In this document: one piece after another, positions 17,621-27,017 of the stretch
Layout: each line of letters begins with the position of its first letter
Numbering within the stretch: the first letter of the stretch is position 1
Assembly (NCBI GenBank): GCA_016704485.1
Contig: JADJAA010000001.1
Location: 1,554,824-1,618,823, forward strand
Reading direction: 5' to 3'
DNA from: Flavobacteriales bacterium
Lineage (GTDB): Bacteria; Bacteroidota; Bacteroidia; Flavobacteriales_F; PHOS-HE28
DNA length: 64,000 bases
Notes under the pieces: generated by a model
Told to the model about the DNA's origin: nothing
Seen by the model: the letters and a program-made list of their open reading frames with translations, nothing else
Databases searched by the model: none
Position numbers and translations under genes: made by a program

Positions 17621-20600
17621 TCAAGCACTGCGCTCACCCGGCTGTGCGTTCCCTTGCACCCACTCCACTACCGAGATGATCTTATCCTGATCATTCTCAT
17701 TCGGGAATAGGCCGAAGATCCCTTCTTGGTGTAGGTCCGTGAACGTTGAACCCGGCTCTGCGAGCATGCGTTTGTCGATCACGCCGTTCACCGTGAGGTG
17801 CCGAATGATGGAATCGATGAAGTGGATCTGCGTAGCACTGAAGATGGAGCCGGACAAGAATTCGCCGAAGGCTGCTTTTGCTGCGCCTTCATCAAGGCCG
17901 ATGATGCTGCGAATGAAATAGCCTAGTGGCCGTTCCTCGCCAAGTTCCTTCATCAAAGCCTCCTTCGTGCCGCGTTCGTCTCCATCGAACAGGATGCGTT
18001 CCAGTTCCACTAGCTCAGCGGTCGTGATCGGCTCATTGGTGTATAGTTTGTGAATGGTAAGCTGGTGTTTGTGCGAGCGGATGAACTCCTCTACACGCAT
18101 CCGATAGCTACGCATGGTGTAGCTACCTGGCATGGAGATGATATCCTCACCCTCGCTCACCAACTCATCTCTCAGGTCCGAGTATACCACTTTGCGTTCC
18201 TCGCGCGGTATCAAGCGCACTAGATCGCGCAATTGTTTTCGTGTGAATTCCAAGGCTTCCAGACCGAACACAGCGGCTCGTTGTTGTTGATCATTTGCGA
18301 CATCAAGAACTGCTTTGATCGCTGGATACCGCTCCTGCACTACGGGAATGTTGGAGAGCCGGGCAAGCTGTGTGGCGGTTGAGGCCAACGTGCGGAACAG
18401 GCGATCTACTGACGGCGCCTCTTGGGCCACAGCAATTTCCAGATCGAGCATAAGTAGGTCAAATCGTTTGGCCAGCTCGTCCTTGTCCGGTAGTTCGATC
18501 AAGTGACCAACGGTCTCGAACAGATCACTGATCCCGCTTTTTGATAACGCATTCCATGCGGTACGTTCACGGTAGTGATCGAGCACACGTTGCGCAGGAC
18601 GAATGCGCACGGTGTGCCGCAATTCCCAAAGTGCCTGGACCCAACTATGCGCACTATTCAAAAGCTCAACGCGTAGTGCTTGATCTTTTGGTACCTGATG
18701 GGCTGGTTCACGCAGTTGTTCACTAAGTAGGATAGTTGCTTCAAAGATCCGTTGCGATAGGCTGGGGGAGCGCACAGGTTCAATGCCTTCCGGCCGCAGG
18801 TTGAAGAAGCTGTAGTTGCCACAGAGATCGAAGATCCTGAAGTTCTCCTTGTGCTGGCCGGGACCGAACAGATCCGGGCATAAGCGTGTGCCGCGGCCAA
18901 CCATTTGCCAGAACTTGGACTTGCTATAGACCGGTTTAAAGAACACCAAGTTCACGATCTCAGGAATATCAATACCCGTATCCAACATATCCACACTCAC
19001 GGCGATCTGTGGATACCGGTCCTTATCACTGAAATTATCTATGATGCTCTGGGAGTATTGCTCCTTACTGTGTACCACCGACATGAAATGCCCACCGTAC
19101 TGCGGGAACTGATCTTCAAAACGGTTCTGTATGGCCCGGGCATGGTCTATGTTCCTTGCAAAGACAACGGTCTTGCCCAGCTTCTCACCACCTTCCACTT
19201 TGATCCCGTTCTCCATCACATAGGCCAACACCTGATCGATGGTGTTCGAGTTGAAGAGCCAGTTATTGATCGCGGGCGCTCCGATCTCTTCGGGTATATT
19301 CCCTTGGTCGTCCCGGAAGGTCTCTTCGTAATGTGTCCTATCGCTCTCACTCAGGTCATCGTAGCGGATACCGCGTTGCAGAAAGCCGAAGTCCACTGCT
19401 TTGCCAATGGGCGGCACCAGAAAACGATCGGCTACGGCCTGCCCTAATTCATAGAACGATGTCGGGTTATGCTCTTCGCAATCGAACAAGGCATAGGTAT
19501 CCCGATCCCCTTGGTCGTGTGGTGTTGCAGTAAGGCCGACCAACAAGGAATCGAAATAGGTGAAAATAGCACCGTACCGATCGTACACTGAGCGATGCGC
19601 CTCATCCACAATGATCAGATCGAAGTGACCGACACCGAAGGTCTTCACATCATCACTCCGCACTTGGTCCACGCGGTTCATTACCGTGGGGTAGGTGCTG
19701 AAGACCACCCGTGCGCTTTCATCATAGCGCTGTTTGGTGAGATCCAATGTGGTAACATTCGGCAGGTTCTTCTCAAAGGCCCGTTTTGCCTGTGTGACCA
19801 AGGCATTGCGATCAGCGAGAAAGAGCACACGCTTCGCCCAATTCGCTTTCAGTAGAAGGTCCACTAACGCGGCAACGGTACGCGTCTTGCCAGCCCCAGT
19901 GGCCATTACGATCAATGCTTTTCGCTTAAGACCGCGCATGCCATCTTCATCCACCCAACTTTCTGCAACCCGCTTGATCGCTTGATGTTGGTAATAGCGT
20001 TCCACGATCTGCTCATCGATCGGCACATGCCGAATGTTCACACGACCGATACGCCGATCAACGACCCGTTGCAATTCGTCCCGCGTGTAAATGCCCTGTA
20101 CAGCGCGTGGACCATAAAAGGTGTCATCCCAGATCCACGTATCGAAACCGTTGCTATAGAATATCACCGGGCGCTGTCCGGTCATGCGTTCCAGGCAATC
20201 AGCGTAAAGGCTTGCTTGCACACGGCCTTGTTGGGCATCGTGGGTGGTGCGCTTGGCCTCTACTACGGCCAGCGGTTTACCATCTGCACCCCAGAGCACG
20301 TAATCTACCTTGCCGTTGCCGTTGGGATTGGTGCTCAATGGCATCCCTGTTACCGGGTATTCGATCACGTTGGATGCGGCAGGGTCCCAGCCTGCTTCGC
20401 GCAACAGTTCATCAATGAAGAGTAACCGTGTATCCGCCTCCGAATATTCAGAAGCAGGTATGGGTATGTTCTCATGGCGCTCCTTGCGCTCCTGGATCGC
20501 TGCCAGGCGTTCTGCCAATATCTGCTTTTCTCCTTCTAATTTCAACCGTTGCTCGCGCTCGGTCTCCATCGCTACACGTTGCGCTTCATAACGCTCCTGT

Positions 20601-21079
20601 AACTGTTGAAGCTCCGCGCTGTTCGGAACTTCCTTCACTTTCACTTGTACTATGAGTGCCTCCTCTTGGAATGTTCCTACCTCGATGTCGAATGCGCTGT
20701 ACGTACGACCCATCCATTTCAAGAACCGGAACAAGAGGCGCAATGAGGCTACGCTCTGGCTCTCCACCACCTTCTTATCATGCGCAGCGGCATTGCCGGT
20801 ACGCCGGATGTACTGCAGGTCGATGTAGATGGGTGGTGGTATCAGTACCCGGAAGGACCGTTCATCCATCAACGCGCTCAACTGGCTGTTGTAAGGGCGC
20901 TGTAGGTCACTGTCGTTATCATACAGCCAGTGCACGGTACGTTCCAACGCACGGCGGGCATACACGGCAGAGGCGATCGGTGCGGCCAAGGCATACCGCT
21001 CCGCGTCCATGGCCTCCTTCGCAATGGAGGGCCACTCTTCAACGAGGAAGCGGAAGTTGCTCGGGGTGCTCAACGACAT
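17621..21079 (-). CDS. hsdR: Type I restriction enzyme R subunit (HsdR) with N-terminal DUF4145-like extension
   Basis: HsdR_N nuclease region SEADTRLLFIDELLREAGWD...KVDYVLWGADGKPLAVVEAKR. SF2 motors: MATGAGKTRTVAAL and DLIIVDEAHRS. The 1152-aa length fits HsdR. Confidence 0.85.
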   Translation of the reverse strand: MSLSTPSNFRFLVEEWPSIAKEAMDAERYALAAPIASAVYARRALERTVHWLYDNDSDLQRPYNSQLSALMDERSFRVLIPPPIYIDLQYIRRTGNAAAHDKKVVESQSVASLRLLFRFLKWMGRTYSAFDIEVGTFQEEALIVQVKVKEVPNSAELQQLQERYEAQRVAMETEREQRLKLEGEKQILAERLAAIQERKERHENIPIPASEYSEADTRLLFIDELLREAGWDPAASNVIEYPVTGMPLSTNPNGNGKVDYVLWGADGKPLAVVEAKRTTHDAQQGRVQASLYADCLERMTGQRPVIFYSNGFDTWIWDDTFYGPRAVQGIYTRDELQRVVDRRIGRVNIRHVPIDEQIVERYYQHQAIKRVAESWVDEDGMRGLKRKALIVMATGAGKTRTVAALVDLLLKANWAKRVLFLADRNALVTQAKRAFEKNLPNVTTLDLTKQRYDESARVVFSTYPTVMNRVDQVRSDDVKTFGVGHFDLIIVDEAHRSVYDRYGAIFTYFDSLLVGLTATPHDQGDRDTYALFDCEEHNPTSFYELGQAVADRFLVPPIGKAVDFGFLQRGIRYDDLSESDRTHYEETFRDDQGNIPEEIGAPAINNWLFNSNTIDQVLAYVMENGIKVEGGEKLGKTVVFARNIDHARAIQNRFEDQFPQYGGHFMSVVHSKEQYSQSIIDNFSDKDRYPQIAVSVDMLDTGIDIPEIVNLVFFKPVYSKSKFWQMVGRGTRLCPDLFGPGQHKENFRIFDLCGNYSFFNLRPEGIEPVRSPSLSQRIFEATILLSEQLREPAHQVPKDQALRVELLNSAHSWVQALWELRHTVRIRPAQRVLDHYRERTAWNALSKSGISDLFETVGHLIELPDKDELAKRFDLLMLDLEIAVAQEAPSVDRLFRTLASTATQLARLSNIPVVQERYPAIKAVLDVANDQQQRAAVFGLEALEFTRKQLRDLVRLIPREERKVVYSDLRDELVSEGEDIISMPGSYTMRSYRMRVEEFIRSHKHQLTIHKLYTNEPITTAELVELERILFDGDERGTKEALMKELGEERPLGYFIRSIIGLDEGAAKAAFGEFLSGSIFSATQIHFIDSIIRHLTVNGVIDKRMLAEPGSTFTDLHQEGIFGLFPNENDQDKIISVVEWVQGNAQPGERSA

Positions 21080-21301
21080 GGAGGCGCAATTGACGATATT
21101 CTAAGCACTTGTACAATTACAAGATGCGAATAAGTCGAGCCTATGATGTGCGGCTTGTGATGGTAACTGCCGCGTGTGGCCCTTTACGGCTCTAAAATAC
21201 ATGTGGATACTTCAGAACCGGTCTTCTTGCTGCTAAGAGAATGCTAATTCCTCTGAAGCACTACATTGCGGACATGTGCACCCACACACGCCTGCTATTA
21301 G

Positions 21302-23375
21302 TTGCGATCGCCATTTTTGGTCGTAGGGCTATGCACGGCGCAACAAGATGGACCAACCGAGGAGGAGCAGCCAACAATTATCACGGCGGAACAACTGCAG
21401 GACTTTAATTCGGTAGTGCCCGGCATGGGTCGACAGATCCCGGGAATATACTTGTCCAACTACGGGCTTCTGTGTTACCACTTTGGGGATGATGGCACAT
21501 TCGCATCGCGCGACTTGAATGATTCCGGTTGGGTCGCAGCCGGTTCATGGTATGCGCCCATCACGTTGCCAAAGGAACAATTGGACACTGCGCAAGCCCT
21601 GTGGGTGCGGTACCATCTTCTCTGCGACAGTTCCCTGCGCGGTAGCCCATTGACACTAAGTTTGGGATCCATTGCCGGTATTGAGATCTTTTTGAACGGC
21701 CATCGGTTGGTGCACGTCCGGGAATTGCCGCCGGTTGTTCATGATCTTGATCAACCAATTTGGGACACGCTGCGGCGCTTTACCCTACCGATCACATTCG
21801 CGTGCCAAGGCGAACCAGAAGTGCTCGCTATTCGGATAGATCCGGCAAGGAATGGAATTCCCTACCCCACTTTGCACTATACGAACTTCGCCTACAACGT
21901 ACAGCTGTCCGCGATGCACTATGGTGTCTTCATCGGGGTCAACGCCATCATCTTTTGCTCGCCTTGGTCCTCTGGTCTTTGGACCGGAATGATAAGCAGT
22001 GGTGGCTACTGGCCCTGCTGGCCTTCGTTACAGGATCAGGGTATGCGCCAAGTTGACCAGTGAGATGGGCTTGTTGGGTTTGCCGTGGCCCACCATCCAG
22101 GTCATTGGCATTATTGACAAGATCCTCCTTCTATGGCCTATGTATGTGCTTATCATGGTCTTGTGGCGCATGCTAGGTGGGTTATCAAGTCGGCGCGCCT
22201 TTTGGCTCACCTTCGGTGTCTTGTTCGTTTCGGCAACCAGCGCTGGCCGCTTGTACTTTTTCGGGAAGATCTCCTGGTCATTTTCGGAGATCACGGGGGA
22301 ATACAGCATAGATGCAGGTTTGTCCGATGATCAGTGGCCACTTTTGGTCGCACTGGTGGTTGGTGCGGTACTGCGCTATTCCATAGCGCTCTGGTTCGCG
22401 ATCGAATTGATCCGACTTGGCATTCGCCTGGTGCGTAAGAAGGGTTTCGGACGTTGGATCGGGGCAGGGGCGCTTGTGTCCAGTCTGTTGAGTTTCCTCT
22501 TGACGTGCTTCGGCCTGGTCACTGAAATACCATCTACGACATGGCTCACACTTTCCGATTATCTCGCCTATGTTGCTGTGCCGGTTTCAGTCGTCATTTA
22601 TCTGGCCGTCACTGCCGCTCAAAACAACAAGCTGGTAGCGCGTCAACGGGATGATCTTGATCGCGAGGTGGACGACCGTACCGCCGAACTTGTAGCGGAG
22701 AAACAAGCGGTGTTGCGCGAGAAAGAACGCAGCGATGAACTACTCCTCAACATCCTGCCATCCGAAGTGGCGGAAGAACTAAAAGCCAACGGTTCGGCAA
22801 AGGCGCGGGACTTCGATCCCGCCACCATCCTGTTCACCGACTTCAAAGGCTTCACGGAGCTATCCGTGCAATTAAGTGCTCAGGATCTGGTGGCCGAGAT
22901 CAATACGTGTTTCGAGGCGTTCGATGGGATAATTTCCCGGTACGGTGTGGAGAAGATCAAGACCATTGGCGATGCTTACATGGCGGCAGGTGGCGTGCCT
23001 GATCCTCTGCGCGGATCACCGGCAGGTGTTGTAGAGGCCGCGTTGGAGATGCAGGAATTCATGGTCAGGTACAAAGCGCAACGAACAGCCTTGAACAAAC
23101 CGGCCTTCGAGATGCGTCTCGGTGTTCACACCGGCCCAGTGGTGGCGGGCATCGTGGGTGTGAAGAAGTTCCAGTACGATATCTGGGGCGACACCGTGAA
23201 CACGGCCAGCCGCATGGAGAGCAATAGCGAAGTGGGCCAAGTAAACATCTCGCAGAGCACCTATGAACTGGTGAAGAACGTGCCGGGACTTGCCTTCACA
23301 TCGCGAGGCAAAATACCAGTGAAAGGGAAAGGAGAGCTGGAAATGTACTTCGTAAAGAGAGGGCCGGTCGCATAG
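21302..23375 (+). pseudogene. 7TMR-DISM-type membrane adenylate/guanylate cyclase, apparently disrupted by frameshift(s)
   Basis: ORF 21302..22063 (frame 2) encodes a 7TMR-DISMED2-like extracellular domain and ends in a TM helix. ORF 21999..23375 (frame 0) encodes the remaining TM helices plus a class III cyclase domain (FTDFKGFTELS...IKTIGDAYMAAGG...GDTVNTASRMES). TM-like peptide also reads through in frame 1 (HHLLLALVLWSLDRNDKQWWLLALLAFVTG) between them. This suggests at least one and probably two frameshifts near 21930-22060. Confidence 0.55.
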
Positions 23376-23390
23376 CCATTTCCGATCCCT

Positions 23391-23460
23391 ACTCCCCCCA
23401 AAACGCCCCCTGCAGCAAAAGCCCGAACAAGTCCTCGCTCCGGCGTAGGTTCGCAGTGGA
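23391..23460. repeat. Orphan copy of the hsdS 3' terminus (direct repeat copy A, ~85% identical to 24314-24385)
   Basis: On the minus strand this short open frame encodes ...RSEDLFGLLLQGAFWGE*, homologous to the real HsdS C-terminus QSEGLFGSLLQGAFRGELGN*. It lies just 3' of the 324-aa gene. Confidence 0.7.
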
Positions 23461-23476
23461 ACACCGGTAGTGCTGT

Positions 23477-24274
23477 CTATCCACTCCACTTCACGATATC
23501 CGCCACTACCGTCTTGTAGCTCAAGCCACGCAGCCGTTTCACCACCACGATGCGGGTATCTCCGTACTGCTCTGCGCGTTCGACCGACGAGTCAGTTGGT
23601 CTACTTTCCTTGATCCCCAGCCCCGTGCGAAAATGCGACCACCACGTATCGTTGGTGAGCACCACACAGAGTTTCGGCTGTAATTCCTCCAGTTCCATGC
23701 GCACCAGATCCACGCATTCGGGTCGTTGCAGGATGCGCTCGTCCACATCCGGATTGGCCACTTCGCCACGGTTCTGCGGTGCGATCTTGTAGAGGTTGGA
23801 CCATACCAGTTGACGGTTCCATTCCCACGCGTCCTCATTTGTGATGCCGTGCCGAACCTGCATCAGCTTGACCGTGGCCTGCCAGAAGAACGATGACCAA
23901 GCGCGGTAGTTCTTCTCCCGTTCGGTATACCAGGCTTGTTCTTCCGGGCTACACTTGTTCAAGGTAGTGTTCGTCCACAACACGTTCACCCAATCCAACG
24001 GGGAGTGGTCTTTGAAGGGTTCGTTGGAGTAGCGCTTGCTCTCTTCTATGCGGCCCCTCGGTACTGCCTTCGTGAAGTCCCACTCCGGGTGCCAACCACC
24101 CACGGCCTGGCCGTAGACCAGCACATCAACCGGTTCATTCGTTCGCGTACCGATGCTCGGATAGAAGTCTGTGAAGTGGGTGCGTTGCGGAAAGGTGCGC
24201 GCCAGTCGACGTTGAAAGGCTTCCAAGTGTTGCTGGTAGGCGGCGTTATAGGTTGGTGAGAGGGTGCGATACAT
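23477..24274 (-). CDS. Hypothetical protein (cassette flanked by hsdS-terminus repeats)
   Basis: ORF 23477..24451 has its likely start at MYRTLSPTYNAAYQQ (24274), because the region upstream is occupied by repeat B/hsdS. No domain recognised. Confidence 0.45.
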   Translation of the reverse strand: MYRTLSPTYNAAYQQHLEAFQRRLARTFPQRTHFTDFYPSIGTRTNEPVDVLVYGQAVGGWHPEWDFTKAVPRGRIEESKRYSNEPFKDHSPLDWVNVLWTNTTLNKCSPEEQAWYTEREKNYRAWSSFFWQATVKLMQVRHGITNEDAWEWNRQLVWSNLYKIAPQNRGEVANPDVDERILQRPECVDLVRMELEELQPKLCVVLTNDTWWSHFRTGLGIKESRPTDSSVERAEQYGDTRIVVVKRLRGLSYKTVVADIVKWSG

Positions 24275-24302
24275 TATGTCCGTGCTGCGTGATCCTCTTC
24301 CG

Positions 24303-25448
24303 TTAGTTCCCCAACTCCCCCCGGAACGCCCCCTGCAACAAACTCCCGAACAAGCCCTCGCTCTGGTGTAAGCTTGCTGCAATGCAGGTGCGCTGCTTTT
24401 GGATGTTATGGAGTAATGTTCCGAACCGTTCCTGCGCTTTGAGTGGAACAAGTGGAATACGCATTCTTCGGATCTCTTCTGTTGTGATATTCTTGAAGAT
24501 GGCTCCCACCGACTTATCGCTGACCCCTACGGCGAGCATATTCAGATAATGGTAAATGAACCTCAGGTCAAAGCCTTTGTCAAAGTCACGAAATCCTGCA
24601 AATCCATCGTGTATGCAACAGTCGACCATCAGGATCGCTGGCAGGCCTGGCTTCCCACTTACAGCCATCACCAAGTCACCACGTTTCATTGGACGACTGC
24701 GCTGTGAGCCTTCAATCGTGAGTGAATCGATCTGAGGTGTCACATACATCCCATCACGGGTCAAGTCTGCAACCATTAGGCGAGGCACGGGACCTCCAAA
24801 GTATCGCGCATCACCCTGTGGTCTTGGACTGCTCCCACGGACGACCTCACACAACGAACCCAAGTCTACAGTTTCCCACCCCCTCTCATTCCGCACCGGA
24901 TCCCCGAACAGCTCCAAGAACAGGCTCTTGGCAAGTTGGTCGTAAACCGCCAAGGTTCGCCGGTCGTTGGCCACCAGCGCCTGCGCCTTGTCCAAGATCG
25001 CCGCGATGCGACGCTGCGTGGGGAGGGCGGGCGGAGCAAAAGGTAAGCTGCGGATATCTTCTATCTTGAAGCCTTTCACCGTCGCTCCGTTTCCACGCGA
25101 AATGAAGTAATTCTCTTTCGCAAATAGAAAGTAATAGAGATAGGTCTGGTCAACCTTGCCATTTATAACAAGCGCCTTCAGATCCTGATTGAATGCCATC
25201 GGCACGTTCGTGATCGACATGCGCCCAAGAGCCATGCGTGTTGCAATCAATAACGTTCCGGCTGGAACTATCTGTGTCGCACAATTATCTACACCGCGTT
25301 CAGTGATCGACTCGTACGTCTCCGAAATATGCTTTGATGTAAGATCCTTCACCGTAGCCCATGGGACATCACCTTCCCAATAGCCCTCGATATCGCGATT
25401 AGGAGTACCACCACCAAGTATCTGGATATAATTGCCCAGCACGCTCAT
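24303..25448 (-). CDS. hsdS: Type I restriction-modification specificity subunit (HsdS)
   Basis: 381 aa with two TRD-like halves and the conserved terminal ...LLQGAFRGELGN. It overlaps the hsdM stop by 4 nt (25445-25448). Confidence 0.8.
   Translation of the reverse strand: MSVLGNYIQILGGGTPNRDIEGYWEGDVPWATVKDLTSKHISETYESITERGVDNCATQIVPAGTLLIATRMALGRMSITNVPMAFNQDLKALVINGKVDQTYLYYFLFAKENYFISRGNGATVKGFKIEDIRSLPFAPPALPTQRRIAAILDKAQALVANDRRTLAVYDQLAKSLFLELFGDPVRNERGWETVDLGSLCEVVRGSSPRPQGDARYFGGPVPRLMVADLTRDGMYVTPQIDSLTIEGSQRSRPMKRGDLVMAVSGKPGLPAILMVDCCIHDGFAGFRDFDKGFDLRFIYHYLNMLAVGVSDKSVGAIFKNITTEEIRRMRIPLVPLKAQERFGTLLHNIQKQRTCIAASLHQSEGLFGSLLQGAFRGELGN
24314..24385. repeat. Direct repeat copy B; this is the genuine 3' end of hsdS
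   Basis: Sequence actcccccc(gg)aacgccccctgca(a)caaa(ct)cccgaacaag(c)cctcgctc(t)gg(t)gta(a)g... matches 23391-23460. The matching copy A is the orphan fragment above. Confidence 0.7.
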
Positions 25449-27004
25449 TTCAACAACGCCTCCAATTCGTCCAACAATTTCACACGGTCGGCGGCCAATT
25501 GGCGCAGGCCGGGTTCTCCCTTTTTGCCGTTGATCAGCTCGGCGGGCGTGGCATACTTCACTTGCTCGTACACCACCTCCTTGTAGCGGTTTATGCTGAG
25601 GTCCCAGTTGTTGGCCTTCAAGTCCGCAAAGGGCACCAGAAAGCTCTGGTCGGTTCGTGCACGTTTGCTTTCACCTTTCGCACCGAAGCGCGCTAGGATG
25701 TCGGCGATGTTGCTTTTCTCGTGCAGCGTTTTCGCTCCCTTGGTGGGCTCGGTGTATTGGAGTTCAAGCTGTTCTTCGGTGAGTTGCGGTGTGCGCTTAT
25801 CATCCAACGAGAAACCGTCGGCACGCATGTCGTAGAACCACACGTTGTCGGTACCGCCGCTATCGGTCTTGGTAAAGATCAGCACCGCGGTGCTCACCCC
25901 TGCATAGGGTTTGAATACGCCGCCGGGCATGCTGATCACCGCTTGCAATTGCTGGCGTTCGATCAGTTCCTGCCGCAGTTGCTTGTGCGCCTTGCTGCTG
26001 CCGAAGAGCACACCATCGGGCACGATCACAGCTGCGCGGCCACCTGTGCGGAGCATGCGCAGGATCAGACCTAGGAAGAGCAACTCGGTCTTCTTGCTGC
26101 TCACTGTGCGCAAGATCGCAGGGTCCACAGCGTCGTGGTCCAAGCTGCCTTTGAACGGCGGGTTCGCTAACACCAGCGAGAAGCGCTCACTGATGTGGCC
26201 TTGCTCTTTGCTAAGCGCATCCTGCCCGATCAGTTGCGGGTGCTCAATGCCGTGCAACATCATGTTCATGGCACCAATGCGCAACATGCTGGAGTCGAAC
26301 TCGACCCCGGTGAAGAGGTTGGTGTTGTAATGCTCGCGGAACTTCTTCTCGTGGAAGCTGTCCGGGTGCGTGCGCCGTATCTCTTCGCTTGCCGCCACCA
26401 AGAAACCGCACGTGCCGGCACTGGGATCGCAGATGGTATCGGTGGGTTGCGGAACCATCAGTTGCACCATCATGCGGATGATGTGGCGCGGTGTGCGGAA
26501 CTGGCCGTTGCGTCCTGCCGTAGCGATCTTGCCCAGCAGGTATTCATAGAGGTCGCCCTTGGTGTCGCGGTCGGCCATGTCCAGCGCGGCGATCATTTGC
26601 ACGGCGCGGTCCAGCAACCGCGCGGAGGGGATCATGAACGTAGCACCCTTCATGTGCTCACTGAACACGCTGCCCTCGCGCCCCATCTGCTTCATGAAAT
26701 CGAAGACCGTGAGGTTATCGTTCTTCGCATCAGGCCGCGTAAAGAGCGCGAACAATGTATCCGGGTCCTTGTCCTTGAAACTGCTCCACCGCAACGCCTT
26801 GTACTTGGGCGGGTAAATGGGATCCTTGATGGGCCCACCGAGCTTGGCGCTCTGCTTCTCTTTGGTGGTCTGGATCTCATCCATCCGGCGCAAAAAGAGC
26901 AAGTAGGTGATCTGTTCGATAACCGTGAGCGGATTGGCGATGCCGCCAGTCCAGAAGGCCTCCCAGAGGCGGTCGACGTCGGAGCGGAGTGTTCCGTTTA
27001 TCAT
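25445..27004 (-). CDS. hsdM: Type I restriction-modification N6-adenine DNA methyltransferase (HsdM)
   Basis: HsdM_N region present. Motif I ICDPSAGTCGFLVAA and motif IV LANPPFKGS are both intact. Confidence 0.9.
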   Translation of the reverse strand: MINGTLRSDVDRLWEAFWTGGIANPLTVIEQITYLLFLRRMDEIQTTKEKQSAKLGGPIKDPIYPPKYKALRWSSFKDKDPDTLFALFTRPDAKNDNLTVFDFMKQMGREGSVFSEHMKGATFMIPSARLLDRAVQMIAALDMADRDTKGDLYEYLLGKIATAGRNGQFRTPRHIIRMMVQLMVPQPTDTICDPSAGTCGFLVAASEEIRRTHPDSFHEKKFREHYNTNLFTGVEFDSSMLRIGAMNMMLHGIEHPQLIGQDALSKEQGHISERFSLVLANPPFKGSLDHDAVDPAILRTVSSKKTELLFLGLILRMLRTGGRAAVIVPDGVLFGSSKAHKQLRQELIERQQLQAVISMPGGVFKPYAGVSTAVLIFTKTDSGGTDNVWFYDMRADGFSLDDKRTPQLTEEQLELQYTEPTKGAKTLHEKSNIADILARFGAKGESKRARTDQSFLVPFADLKANNWDLSINRYKEVVYEQVKYATPAELINGKKGEPGLRQLAADRVKLLDELEALLK

Positions 27005-27017
27005 GGGGTGAAGATGG

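Noticed and set aside
23391-24385. Integron attC-like sites flanking a gene cassette
   Set aside because: The repeats are direct, not imperfect inverted attC structures, and they encode the conserved HsdS C-terminus. No integron integrase is nearby.
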